From positions 5,713 through 69,712 of the forward strand of contig JAHFSP010000002.1 of NCBI GenBank assembly GCA_023265685.1: a stretch of 64,000 bases of DNA, given 5' to 3'. Origin of the DNA: Candidatus Woesearchaeota archaeon. GTDB lineage: Archaea; Nanobdellota; Nanobdellia; Woesearchaeales; GW2011-AR9. Under the pieces are notes generated by a model. It made no database searches and was not told where the DNA came from. It saw only the letters and a list, made by a program, of their open reading frames with translations. This document shows positions 26,609-36,511 of this stretch, in pieces. The position numbers and the translations under genes were made by a program. The stretch's first letter is position 1; each line of letters starts with the position of its first letter.

Positions 26609-27886
26609 ATGCAAGACATCAAACTTATTCGGACTAATCCCGATCTTGTTAAACAAGACTTGAAGAAGCGTAAGGATGAACCTAAGTTGAAATTGTTACA
26701 GGAGACGATTAAACTTGATGGGGAATGGTTGGTGTTAAAGGGTGAGATTGATACGCTGCGGAGTCGACGTAATAAGTTGAGTTTGGAGATTTCTGAAGCG
26801 AAGAAGAAAGGGCATGATGTGAAGAAAGTTCTTGAGGAAGCGGCGAAGGTGCCTGCACAGATTGCACATAAAGAAGAGCGGATGAAAGAGATCGAGGGTG
26901 TGTTGCATAAAAATTTGTCCTCACTTCCAAACATATTACATGAGAGTGTTCCGTATGGTGTTGATGATACGCAGAATCAGACGGTTAGATTAGTTGGTAA
27001 GAAACCTGTGTTTAACTTTGCATTGAAAAGTCATGTTGATTTGCTTACTGAACTTGAGATTGCTGATTTAGAACGAGCAGCAAAGATTTCAGGTGCTCGG
27101 TTTTGGTTTTTGCAAAATGAAGGGGCATTATTAGATTTGGCATTGCAACGATATGCGGTTGATTTTATGCTTAAGAAAGGATATAAATTGGTGATTCCGC
27201 CTTATATGATTCGTCGTGAACCGTATGAGGGAGTTGCACCTCTGGGAGATTTTGAGGAAGTGTTGTATAAAGTTGAAGGCGAGGATTTGTATCCTATTGC
27301 CACTTCGGAACATCCTCTCACTGCGATGTATATGAATGAAGTATTAGATGAAAAGCAGTTGCCGATTAAGATGATTGGACTAAGCCCTTGTTTTCGCAAA
27401 GAAGCGGGTTCAAGTAGTAAAGATACAAAAGGAATTTTTCGGGGCCATCAGTTTACCAAAGTAGAACAAGTCATTATTAGTAAACCAGAAGATTCATGGA
27501 AGTTGCATGAGGAATTAATTGCAAATGCAACCGAGTTTTTTGCTTCGTTGGGATTACATTTTCGGCAAGTCAATATTTGTACGGGAGATATTGGTATTGT
27601 TGCAGCCAAAAAATATGATCTTGAGGTTTGGATGAGCGTTCAGGAACAGTTTCGTGAAGTGGTGTCGTGTTCGAATGTCACCGATTACCAAGCACGTGGA
27701 CTCAATATCAAATATAAGACGGCTGAGGGAAATAAATTAGTTCATACTCTCAATAGTACGGTGGTGGCAACGTCACGTGCAATGGTGGCGATTTTAGAGA
27801 ATTTTCAGACGTCGAAAGGAACGATAAAGATTCCTGACGTGCTTGTGCCGTACATGAATGGGATTAAGGAGATTAAGAAGAGGTAG
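26609..27886 (+). CDS. serS: seryl-tRNA synthetase
   Basis: 425 aa with an N-terminal coiled-coil arm. Class II motifs: FRKEAGS..GIFRGHQF and GLNIKY...HTLNSTVVATSRAMVAILE. TATA TTTAAATA at 26579-26586 lies 22 nt upstream of the ATG. Confidence 0.9.
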   Translation: MQDIKLIRTNPDLVKQDLKKRKDEPKLKLLQETIKLDGEWLVLKGEIDTLRSRRNKLSLEISEAKKKGHDVKKVLEEAAKVPAQIAHKEERMKEIEGVLHKNLSSLPNILHESVPYGVDDTQNQTVRLVGKKPVFNFALKSHVDLLTELEIADLERAAKISGARFWFLQNEGALLDLALQRYAVDFMLKKGYKLVIPPYMIRREPYEGVAPLGDFEEVLYKVEGEDLYPIATSEHPLTAMYMNEVLDEKQLPIKMIGLSPCFRKEAGSSSKDTKGIFRGHQFTKVEQVIISKPEDSWKLHEELIANATEFFASLGLHFRQVNICTGDIGIVAAKKYDLEVWMSVQEQFREVVSCSNVTDYQARGLNIKYKTAEGNKLVHTLNSTVVATSRAMVAILENFQTSKGTIKIPDVLVPYMNGIKEIKKR

Positions 27887-28490
27887 GATTTTGAGGGAAT
27901 CGGTTTGGTACTGTTTTGGGAAATGTTCTACCCCAATGTGCCCATTTGATCACGTTTCGAAAACTTTTGCCTTTGATTGGTCCGATTTTATCTTGAGGGT
28001 TATACTGACAAATAACAACCGCAACCGCTTCCCAGAGTTGTGTAAGAAGAGCTTCTGTGTGAACTATACGTTGAGGAGTTATTGCTTGCGTTTCGTTAAT
28101 ATCAGCATCGTATATAACTTGATAGTTTGGTTGTTCAATTCGAGAATAGGGGAGACATTTGTCTTCGTATGTTCTTACGTTATTAAAATAGAGGGAATTG
28201 CCTTCTTTGCCAACCACAATTGCTCGTAGACTTTGGTCAAATGCGTCACGTTGTTCTAGATGTTGAGGTTCGGGAGAATAGGCAATTTCGAGAGTTGCAC
28301 GATGAGGATAGCCACCAGTATTTTTTCCGCCGATGTAGAGTTTAGTATTTGTGGCAGTTATGTGTCCGCAGCAACTATAGCCTGTATCAACAACGAACTC
28401 TAGACCCCAGATTGCATTGACGATATCACGAATTGGTTCTTCAACTTCGCAGAGAAGACGTTGATATTGGGAACGTAACAGAGGATCCAT
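27873..28490 (-). CDS. hypothetical protein
   Basis: 205-aa ORF, convergent with serS (14-bp overlap). No motif recognised. Confidence 0.4.
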   Translation of the reverse strand: MDPLLRSQYQRLLCEVEEPIRDIVNAIWGLEFVVDTGYSCCGHITATNTKLYIGGKNTGGYPHRATLEIAYSPEPQHLEQRDAFDQSLRAIVVGKEGNSLYFNNVRTYEDKCLPYSRIEQPNYQVIYDADINETQAITPQRIVHTEALLTQLWEAVAVVICQYNPQDKIGPIKGKSFRNVIKWAHWGRTFPKTVPNRFPQNPTSS

Positions 28491-28571
28491 CTAATCTTGA
28501 ATTTGTTGTTTCTTTAAAAGAATTTATACAGAACTAGGAGAGAAATAGAGAGATTGAGTTGATAATGGAAC

Positions 28572-28985
28572 CTATTCTTCTTCTTTGGGCTTCTTTTTTG
28601 CAGCTTTTTTAGCTTTGGCGGCAAGACGTTTGGCACGCATGGAAATGTCGGTATCAATAGTGATCTCAACTGGTTTTTCTTCTTTCTTTTCTTTTTCAAC
28701 TTTAGGTGCTTTGAGATCTTCGACAGCTTTGAGAAACGCAGTTCGTTGGTTTTCGGTTAGAGAGCCAAAGCGAATGTAGGCTTCTTTGATGTTACGCAAG
28801 AATTGTGATTTTTCATATAGATCTGTAGGAATGTTGAAGAATTTTTTGAATACGGGATCGGTTATTTCTTGATTAATGCGCTTCATCTGGCAGGGGGAGC
28901 AGATGGGAAATTGACGCATGGAGTACATGAGGACTTGATTTTGTTTACAGATTGCACATTTTTGTTTAAATTTGGCGTAGGGCAC
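28572..28985 (-). CDS. zinc-ribbon protein with Lys-rich C-terminal tail
   Basis: 137 aa. CAICK..(x)..CSPC four-Cys ribbon near the N-terminus; KEKKEEK/AKKAAKKKPKEEE tail. Confidence 0.45.
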   Translation of the reverse strand: MPYAKFKQKCAICKQNQVLMYSMRQFPICSPCQMKRINQEITDPVFKKFFNIPTDLYEKSQFLRNIKEAYIRFGSLTENQRTAFLKAVEDLKAPKVEKEKKEEKPVEITIDTDISMRAKRLAAKAKKAAKKKPKEEE

Positions 28986-29345
28986 AGTTGTTTGAGAGTT
29001 GAGGGCTTTATTAAAGTTTGGGAGACTCTTTTTCGAATTTTATAAATATTTAGGGATTTAAATTTAATATTAAGAGATATTTTATATTTTTTTATGTTAT
29101 TTAGAAAATAAAAATAGATTAAATATTTTAAAACAAGAATATTTATAAACAAAAAAAGATTTGTTTAATTCTAATAGAACATACGCCGAGGATACGTGGG
29201 AATCAGCAGAAGATACGTAGGAGAAAATGACATATTAATGGATGTAGAATATATATTAATAGATAAAGATATTTTATCTTAAAAAGAGAATATTTAAATA
29301 TAAAAGTAGAAGTAGTGCTTTGTAGCGCTACTACATGATTACTGG

Positions 29346-29885
29346 ATGAAACAGCCACTTACCCAGAGCCCGATGGTGATAATCGAGGCAGGACACGAGA
29401 AAGAACTTTTTACACAGTTAATGGTGCGCCTTCGGAGTAAAAATACGCTTTCTTTGAATGAATTACTTTCGATTTATCATTCTACAACGCCTGAACCGAC
29501 AATTCCCGTTACAATTTTTAGCGGAAAGTTGAAGCCAGCAGAGGCATTGTGCAAATATCTTAAAGAGGAATTACGTCTTTCCAACAAAGAGATTGCAGAA
29601 ATATTGGGGCGTGAAACAAAAAGCATTTGGGCGACGTATGCACGGGCTGTAGAGAAACGGATTGTCAAAGGATCAAAAATAAATTTGGTAAATTTCAAAG
29701 AAGATTATGTCCTTCCACTTTCATTGTTTGCCAAAAGCAAATGTAGTATTCTTGAGAATGTAGTGTGGTACTTGAATACGATGTACCACCTTCATGTAAA
29801 GGTCATCGCGACTTTGTTAGGTAGTACAGCTAACTCGATTCGAATACTATTATTACGAGTAGAACGAAAACATGGCAAAAACTGA
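29346..29885 (+). CDS. small protein with two tandem HTH (sigma70-r4/LuxR-like) modules
   Basis: 179 aa with an internal duplication: IPVTIFSGKLKPAEALCKYLKEELRLSNKEIAEILGRETKSIWATYARAVEKR versus LPLSLFAKSKCSILENVVWYLNTMYHLHVKVIATLLGSTANSIRILLLRVERK. The 3' end overlaps the giant gene by 14 bp. Confidence 0.5.
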   Translation: MKQPLTQSPMVIIEAGHEKELFTQLMVRLRSKNTLSLNELLSIYHSTTPEPTIPVTIFSGKLKPAEALCKYLKEELRLSNKEIAEILGRETKSIWATYARAVEKRIVKGSKINLVNFKEDYVLPLSLFAKSKCSILENVVWYLNTMYHLHVKVIATLLGSTANSIRILLLRVERKHGKN

Positions 29886-32800
29886 CCTTTCCAAAAATGG
29901 TACCTGGGAGAAGAAAAGAGAACGAGTAGAACATACACTTGCGAAGATTGAGAAGGTGAATGGAATTTCACGGAAAAATCAACCGCGATACGAAGTTGAG
30001 GTTGGAAAATTAGATGTTGATATAAAGAGAGTTAAGTCAAGGGGGAGTAAAAGAAATCTGGAGGATACTACAAACAGACTTTTTACTTCTGGAACACATT
30101 GGAAAATTGCGTTGTTGTTATGTATTCTTTTTGCTTCAAGCTATGTTTTAATGACGACGCATGGTCCAATGGGCCATGAGAGTACTGGTAATGGAATTAC
30201 TGGGGCGGCGATTGGAAAAACAGATTATATTAACACAGATGTGACTGGTGAAACTGTACCTGGAGGAGCGATTACAGGTGCAGCCATAGGAATAATTAAT
30301 CCTCTTAAAATTAAGAGTAACGCATTTACTAACCCTAGTTTTGAAAATGCAATAGGGAGTGAATGGATGTATAATGAAACACTTAGTACTTGGGAAGGAA
30401 GTCGCCTTACTCCAACTTATTTTACGCCTACCCATGGAACATACACTTATTTGCTTGGATCGGATACCTCTAACGGATGTGGAACAGTTTTAAGCTCCTC
30501 TTCTTCCGATTACAATCAAGTTAAACAAACTGTGGATCTTACGGGAATAAATTCGTTCTATTTTGATACAAAGTATGAAGATTGTTATGGTTCTTCTTCC
30601 TATTTTAATATCAGCGTTCTCATTGATGATGGATATCCATTGTGGTCCAGATTAAGTAGTGATTATGTTAATAATCATACATTACTTAACACTTCAGGAT
30701 ATTCAGGAGTCCATAATATTACCTTTCGATTACGATCCGGTTTTGCTGGGCAAATTGCGCAACCAGCGTGGTATATTGATAATATATCTGATGGTAGTGA
30801 ATCTGCAACTTTAATATTAAACCATAATTTAACTCCAACGAACCCAGACTCTTCAACACCTATTACTGCACACGCAACCTATAATAATAACGCGACGGGT
30901 AATGTATCATTTTATTGGACTATTAATGGGGCAAACATTTACAACTTTACCAATCAGTCAGTTGCTGCGAATTCTTATGTCACCAACACATTGATGCCAG
31001 GTAATTTTACTCAAGGGGGCGCAGTTTCTCTTTCTATTACTGCACAAAATTCTAGTGAGAGTTATACTGCCCCTGTTCTTTCAATAAGTAATGTTGTGTA
31101 TGCGCCAACAACAAAAATTACTAACCCTAGTTTTGAGAGTACCCTTATTAATGAATGGTTGTATAATGAAACACTTAGTACTTGGGAAGGAAGTCGCCTT
31201 ACTCCAACTTATTTTACGCCTACCCATGGAACATACACTTATTTGCTTGGATCGGACACATCTAATGGATATGGAGTTATTTTGAGTGCTGCTTCAACTG
31301 ACTATTCTCAGATTAAACAAACTGTTGACCTTACTGGAGTATCGGCAATTTATTTTGATACTAAGTATGAAGATTATTACGGTCAATCTTCTTATTTTAA
31401 TATTAGTGTTCTGATCGATGATGGGTATCCATTGTGGTCAAGATTGAGCATTGATTACGTTAATAATCACACCTTACTCGACACCTCTGGATATTCAGGA
31501 GTCCATAATATTACGTTTCGATTACGATCCGGTTTTGATGGAGGTATTGCGCAACCGGCATGGTATTTTGATAATTTAAGTGTAATCTTTTTTCCTCTCT
31601 TGGCCAGCAATCAAAATCTAACGCCGACGTCTGCATATTTTAACACTACTCTCCTTGCGCAGGCAACATATAGTGGGCAGTCGGCGGGAAACGTGTCGTT
31701 TCGGTGGTCAGTGAATGGTGAAAATAGGTTTAATCTTACTAATCTTTCGGTTACGACAAATTCTTATGTAACAAGCACATTAATGCCGGGAAACTTCACA
31801 ACAGGAGATACTGTCTCTCTTTTGATTACAGGCCAGAATTCTACCGATACTCACACGGCTGAAGCTTTAACAATCTACATTTCTGATTTGCCTATTGCGA
31901 TTGCCAACCCCAGTTTTGAAATTCCAATTGGAAGTGAATGGATGTATAATGAAACACTTAGTGCTTGGGTAGGTGGTAGACTCCAACCAACTTTTTTTAC
32001 TCCAACTAAAGGAACCTACGCATACTTGCTTGGTTCAGACACGTCCAATGGAAATGGAGTTGTTTTGGGTGCTGCTTCAACTGATTATTCTCAGATTAAA
32101 CAAACTGTCAACCTTACTGGAGTGTCGGCAATTTATTTTGATACAAAGTATGAAGATTATTATGGTTCATCTTCCTATTTTAATATCAGTGTTCTCATTG
32201 ATGATGGATATCCGCTATGGTCCAGACTAAGTATTGATTATGTTAATAATCACACCTTACTCAACACCTCTGGATATTCTGGAATTCATAATATTACGTT
32301 TCGATTACGATCAGGTTTTGCTGGAGCAATTGCGCAACCGGCGTGGTATATTGATAACTTAAGTGTTACAACAATTTCACTTCCAACTCATTCGACGCCC
32401 CTTCTTAATTCTACAACCTATCAAAATTTGAGTACGGGAAATATCACATTATATAATGTTTCAACAAGTGATGCAGAAGGAGATCCGGTTAAGAATATTT
32501 ATGATTGGAGATTAAATGATACAGGTTATAGTTTATTAAATTGGCCTATGGAAGGAGGAAGTAACTCAACATTTACTAGAGATTATTCGAGAAATGCACT
32601 CAATGGGACTGTAGTAGGAGCCATCTACAACTCTACTGCAGGATCTGATGGAAAAGGTGCGTATCAGTTTGATGGTACTTACAAATATCTCTCTCTGACG
32701 GACACAACCAATAGCCCTTTGGATATAACAAATCAAATAACAGTCATGGCATGGATTAAACCGGCAGCTTCCATGGGCTCTTATACTCGCATAATTGAAA

Positions 32801-34944
32801 AGTATTATGCTTCTTCATGGTTTTTGGGGATGAGTTCGGCAGCAGACGGGTTAACAGTATGGCTTAATGGAGGAGAAAGAGTAACTACAACGGCAAATAT
32901 TCTCGCAACAAATCAATGGTATCAGGTCGCGTTTACCTATAATAAAGATGCCGGCGGTACTGATGAGGTAAAGATTTATGTTAATGGTCAGTTAAATGCG
33001 AGTGGGGACTATTCTACGGCAATCGGAACGGATAATCATGACCTTCTTGTGGGTGCATTTGAATCAACGGGGTATAATTTTAATGGTAATATTGATGGAA
33101 TTAATATTTACAACAGATCATTATCTGCCCAAGAGATACTAGCCCTATATCAAAACCAAACGAATACTATTGTTAGTCAAGAATTAGTTACTGGCGATAT
33201 CTGGCAGGGATGTATCACGCCTAATGATGGAACTGGGGATGGGATTACCAAGTGTTCTAATAATCTGACGATAATTTCAGCAGTAGCACCTGGCAACTCT
33301 GTTCCAACTCATTCTACACCTATTCTTAATTCTACAACCTATCAAAATTTGAGTACGGGAAATATCACATTATATAATGTTTCAACAAGTGATGCAGAAG
33401 GAGATCCGGTTAAGAATATTTATGATTGGAGATTAAATGATACAGGTTATAGTTTATTAAATTGGCCTATGGAAGGAGGAAGTAACTCAACATTTACTAG
33501 AGATTATTCGAGAAATGCACTCAATGGGACTGTAGTAGGAGCCATCTACAACTCTACTGCAGGATCTGATGGAAAAGGTGCGTATCAGTTTGATGGTACT
33601 TACAAATATCTCTCTCTGACGGACACAACCAATAGCCCTTTGGATATAACAAATCAAATAACAGTCATGGCATGGATTAAACCGGCAGCTTCCATGGGCT
33701 CTTATACTCGCATAATTGAAAAGTATTATGCTTCTTCATGGTTTTTGGGGATGAGTTCGGCAGCAGACGGGTTAACAGTATGGCTTAATGGAGGAGAAAG
33801 AGTAACTACAACGGCAAATATTCTCGCAACAAATCAATGGTATCAGGTCGCGTTTACCTATAATAAAGATGCCGGCGGTACTGATGAGGTAAAGATTTAT
33901 GTTAATGGTCAGTTAAATGCGAGTGGGGACTATTCTACGGCAATCGGAACGGATAATCATGACCTTCTTGTGGGTGCATTTGAATCAACGGGGTATAATT
34001 TTAATGGTAATATTGATGGAATTAATATTTACAACAGATCATTATCTGCCCAAGAGATACTAGCCCTATATCAAAACCAAACGAATACTATTGTTAGTCA
34101 AGAATTAGTTACTGGCGATATCTGGCAGGGATGTATCACGCCTAATGATGGAACTGGGGATGGGATTACCAAGTGTTCTAATAATCTGACGATACTTGCT
34201 GCTCCTGTTGGTGGTAATGCTGCTCCCAGCGCACCCCTTCTCGTTGCCCCTAGTAATCTTACCACCACTGTTGTGCGTACACCTCAATTTAATTGGAGTA
34301 CGTCAAATGATACAGATGGAAATCAGCTGACCTATAATCTTATTATTGATGATAGTCTTACGTTCAACAATCCAGAGATAAATATTACAGGTATTGGTAA
34401 TCTCACCTCAGGAAATGTGAGTTATAATATCTCTACTGAACTTGATGTTGATAAAACATATTTCTGGCGGGTACGTGCAGATGATGGAACTGATTTTGGA
34501 CCTTATTCAAATGTGAGTAATTTTACACTGAGTTCGTATCTGGCGATTAGTCTGACCCAGGATACGATCGGTTTTGGAAGTGTTTCTATTTTTACAGCGG
34601 CAAACACTACTTCAGGTACGCCTCGACCATTTAGGGCAGAAAATGTGGGAAATATTGCGGCGAATGTAACGTTGAGTGGTACGCCTTATTTTAGCTCGAT
34701 TTCCTTTCCTTCATCTAACTACCAATTTGCAATCAGAGTGAACGAAACAGGTGCGTTTAATCTGACAATGTCTAATACAAGCTGGATTAACATGGTTAAT
34801 GATAGTCTTTTACCGCATGTTGTTGGACTAGACTGGCATGATTTCAAAAATGATTTCCTTGCGGATATTCTGGTTCGAGTGCCGGTTGGTGAAGTCCCTG
34901 GAACTAAAAATTCAACGGTCACTTTTGCAATTTCACAACAATGA
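29872..34944 (+). CDS. giant (1690 aa) membrane-anchored surface protein: 3x CBM4_9-like modules, 2x LamG (laminin_G_3-like) modules, Fn3-like C-terminal region
   Basis: Uninterrupted ORF with an N-terminal TM (WKIALLLCILFASSYVLMTT). NPSFE..W.YNE modules occur three times. YQFDGT.YLSL...WYQVAFTY...IYVNGQL LamG pattern occurs twice. The Fn3-like segment reads PQFNWSTSNDTDGNQLTYNL..YFWRVRADDG. N-x-S/T sequons are very dense. Confidence 0.8.
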   Translation: MAKTDLSKNGTWEKKRERVEHTLAKIEKVNGISRKNQPRYEVEVGKLDVDIKRVKSRGSKRNLEDTTNRLFTSGTHWKIALLLCILFASSYVLMTTHGPMGHESTGNGITGAAIGKTDYINTDVTGETVPGGAITGAAIGIINPLKIKSNAFTNPSFENAIGSEWMYNETLSTWEGSRLTPTYFTPTHGTYTYLLGSDTSNGCGTVLSSSSSDYNQVKQTVDLTGINSFYFDTKYEDCYGSSSYFNISVLIDDGYPLWSRLSSDYVNNHTLLNTSGYSGVHNITFRLRSGFAGQIAQPAWYIDNISDGSESATLILNHNLTPTNPDSSTPITAHATYNNNATGNVSFYWTINGANIYNFTNQSVAANSYVTNTLMPGNFTQGGAVSLSITAQNSSESYTAPVLSISNVVYAPTTKITNPSFESTLINEWLYNETLSTWEGSRLTPTYFTPTHGTYTYLLGSDTSNGYGVILSAASTDYSQIKQTVDLTGVSAIYFDTKYEDYYGQSSYFNISVLIDDGYPLWSRLSIDYVNNHTLLDTSGYSGVHNITFRLRSGFDGGIAQPAWYFDNLSVIFFPLLASNQNLTPTSAYFNTTLLAQATYSGQSAGNVSFRWSVNGENRFNLTNLSVTTNSYVTSTLMPGNFTTGDTVSLLITGQNSTDTHTAEALTIYISDLPIAIANPSFEIPIGSEWMYNETLSAWVGGRLQPTFFTPTKGTYAYLLGSDTSNGNGVVLGAASTDYSQIKQTVNLTGVSAIYFDTKYEDYYGSSSYFNISVLIDDGYPLWSRLSIDYVNNHTLLNTSGYSGIHNITFRLRSGFAGAIAQPAWYIDNLSVTTISLPTHSTPLLNSTTYQNLSTGNITLYNVSTSDAEGDPVKNIYDWRLNDTGYSLLNWPMEGGSNSTFTRDYSRNALNGTVVGAIYNSTAGSDGKGAYQFDGTYKYLSLTDTTNSPLDITNQITVMAWIKPAASMGSYTRIIEKYYASSWFLGMSSAADGLTVWLNGGERVTTTANILATNQWYQVAFTYNKDAGGTDEVKIYVNGQLNASGDYSTAIGTDNHDLLVGAFESTGYNFNGNIDGINIYNRSLSAQEILALYQNQTNTIVSQELVTGDIWQGCITPNDGTGDGITKCSNNLTIISAVAPGNSVPTHSTPILNSTTYQNLSTGNITLYNVSTSDAEGDPVKNIYDWRLNDTGYSLLNWPMEGGSNSTFTRDYSRNALNGTVVGAIYNSTAGSDGKGAYQFDGTYKYLSLTDTTNSPLDITNQITVMAWIKPAASMGSYTRIIEKYYASSWFLGMSSAADGLTVWLNGGERVTTTANILATNQWYQVAFTYNKDAGGTDEVKIYVNGQLNASGDYSTAIGTDNHDLLVGAFESTGYNFNGNIDGINIYNRSLSAQEILALYQNQTNTIVSQELVTGDIWQGCITPNDGTGDGITKCSNNLTILAAPVGGNAAPSAPLLVAPSNLTTTVVRTPQFNWSTSNDTDGNQLTYNLIIDDSLTFNNPEINITGIGNLTSGNVSYNISTELDVDKTYFWRVRADDGTDFGPYSNVSNFTLSSYLAISLTQDTIGFGSVSIFTAANTTSGTPRPFRAENVGNIAANVTLSGTPYFSSISFPSSNYQFAIRVNETGAFNLTMSNTSWINMVNDSLLPHVVGLDWHDFKNDFLADILVRVPVGEVPGTKNSTVTFAISQQ
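30331..32380 (+). repeat. three diverged in-frame module copies (periods 792 and 783 bp) inside the giant gene
   Basis: Copies start at 30331, 31123 and 31906 (AACCC(T/C)AGTTTTGA...). About 97 nt are identical between copy 1 (about 30369-30465) and copy 2 (about 31161-31257). Confidence 0.8.
32381..34194 (+). repeat. in-frame tandem duplication, unit 921 bp (307 aa); 872 bp perfectly identical
   Basis: 32402-33273 equals 33323-34194 base for base on manual comparison. There are 4 mismatches in the 21 bp before the identical block. Confidence 0.9.
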
Positions 34945-35048
34945 GACCAAAAATGAGAACAGGAAGAAAAATATGAGCAGAGAGTAATTAATGAGTGTAA
35001 AAGACTGATAGAGAGAGAGAGAGAGATTAATGTGCGTGAGAGAGATTA

Positions 35049-36344
35049 ATGAGAGAAAAATTACACCCTAAAATTGAAAAAGAACGAAGAGTCGTGTTTC
35101 TATTAGCTATGGGTCTCTTTATTTTTCTTCTAAGCACTACTTGTTTGGGATTAGGAATTCGTCCCGCAAAAACAGAGATGGAGAGTGATACTCAGAAGTC
35201 TTTTGATGGTGAATTTTGGGTAGTCAATAATGATTATGTTGAAGGACGGGTGAAGATTTCGGTTGATGGTGAGATGGCAAAATATGTTACTCTTCAAGAC
35301 AAAGAGTTATTTTTTCGTAATGATGACGATGCAAAAACAGTGCATTTTTCAGTGAAGTTTCCAAATGTTGTTCCTGCTGGAATTTCGGCAGCAGAAATTA
35401 TTGTGGAGGGAAGTGCTGGTGGACAAGATGGGATGTCAGTCGCATCAAAAATTATTCTTAAACATAAAATTAGAATTATCGGACCTTATCCTGACAAATA
35501 TATTAAGACTAATCTTAATTTTCAAGAGCGAGAGGACGGAATTGATTTGATTACTGAGGTTAATAATTTGGGAAAAGAGAAAATTAATAATGTTTATACT
35601 ACATATTATATTAATGATAAAGAGCAGAAAACTCACGTTCTTACAACAAACCAGAAGAGCATGGATACTAAAGAAATAACTCTCTTGCAAACGAAGATTG
35701 ATAAAGATTTTTTTGAACAAGGAGAATATGAAGTATCGGCAGTTACATATTTTGATGACCAAACTATGGAAGTGACAAAAACCCTTGTCATGGGTAAGCC
35801 TGAAGTAGATATTACTCGTTTTGATAAATTCTTTAAAGAACACACAATTAATGAATATAATCTTGAACTGTTGAATAAATGGAATCAGAAAATAGAAAAT
35901 GTTTTTGTTGATTTTTTGCTTAAGAAAGATAACATCGTGGTTGATACGTTTAAAACTAATGAAGTTGAGATTGAAGGAAACCAACATAAGAGTCTCAAAG
36001 ATTTTTTTGATGCCAAAAATATTGACCATGGAGAGTATACTGCAGAGTTGCAGGTGAATTTCTGGAACACGTTTAAAATGAAAAGTAAAACCTATCCGAT
36101 AAAAATTCTTACGGCTGAGGAGATCGTACATATTTCACAGGATGATACACAAAAAGAGAGCAGGAATATATTTACGGGTAGAGCGATACAGAACGGTGAA
36201 GATGACAATAGTACGCCTACTTTCTCTTTAGAGTGGGCGATCATTGTGATTTTGGTGATTATTATCGTTCTACTTTCTGGATTTATCCTCTATCGTTATA
36301 AAAATAAAGATAAATATGATGGAGGGGATAGTGGTGCGTTTTAG
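35049..36344 (+). CDS. surface protein with N-terminal signal/anchor and C-terminal TM anchor
   Basis: 431 aa. N-terminal hydrophobic VVFLLAMGLFIFLLSTTCLG, a beta-rich body, and C-terminal WAIIVILVIIIVLLSGFILY followed by RYKNKDK. Confidence 0.55.
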   Translation: MREKLHPKIEKERRVVFLLAMGLFIFLLSTTCLGLGIRPAKTEMESDTQKSFDGEFWVVNNDYVEGRVKISVDGEMAKYVTLQDKELFFRNDDDAKTVHFSVKFPNVVPAGISAAEIIVEGSAGGQDGMSVASKIILKHKIRIIGPYPDKYIKTNLNFQEREDGIDLITEVNNLGKEKINNVYTTYYINDKEQKTHVLTTNQKSMDTKEITLLQTKIDKDFFEQGEYEVSAVTYFDDQTMEVTKTLVMGKPEVDITRFDKFFKEHTINEYNLELLNKWNQKIENVFVDFLLKKDNIVVDTFKTNEVEIEGNQHKSLKDFFDAKNIDHGEYTAELQVNFWNTFKMKSKTYPIKILTAEEIVHISQDDTQKESRNIFTGRAIQNGEDDNSTPTFSLEWAIIVILVIIIVLLSGFILYRYKNKDKYDGGDSGAF

Positions 36345-36511
36345 AATTTTCTTTTTGAGAGATTATTTTTAATGATAATTTAGGATTATAGTATTTGAGT
36401 TTGATCTTCCCTAGGAGGGAACGTGTGGATATAAGTTCTAGGTCTTGACTCTAGAAGATGACTCCGCGGGATATATAAGAAGCTGTTTGTTGAGGGAGTA
36501 TGAGGTGAAAT

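Noticed and set aside
26569-26934. 121-aa minus-strand ORF at the serS 5' end
   Set aside because: It is antisense to the well-supported serS N-terminal coiled coil and covers the serS promoter. It has no independent support.
28883-29152. 89-aa minus-strand ORF in the 360-bp AT-rich spacer upstream of the surface locus
   Set aside because: Its composition is K/I/N/L/F-rich, reflecting an AT-rich promoter region. It overlaps the 5' end of the zinc-ribbon gene. No support.
32381-34194. The perfect 921-bp repeat as an IS element, or as a template/variable repeat pair of a diversity-generating retroelement
   Set aside because: Both copies are in frame inside one ORF and encode the same LamG module. 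I saw no transposase, no reverse transcriptase and no terminal inverted repeats. The copies are identical rather than differing at adenines. A tandem duplication explains it.
35011-35026. (GA)8 microsatellite, a similar (GA)6 at 20701-20712, and the GAGAGAGATTAATG direct repeat at about 35017 and 35037
   Set aside because: These are short simple repeats in intergenic DNA with no evidence of function. The upstream ATG at 35029 is out of frame with the 35049 start.
35445-36131. 228-aa minus-strand ORF
   Set aside because: It is fully antisense to the 431-aa surface-protein gene. It is low-complexity (F/I/K/N-rich), as expected for the reverse frame of AT-rich coding DNA, and has no start context.
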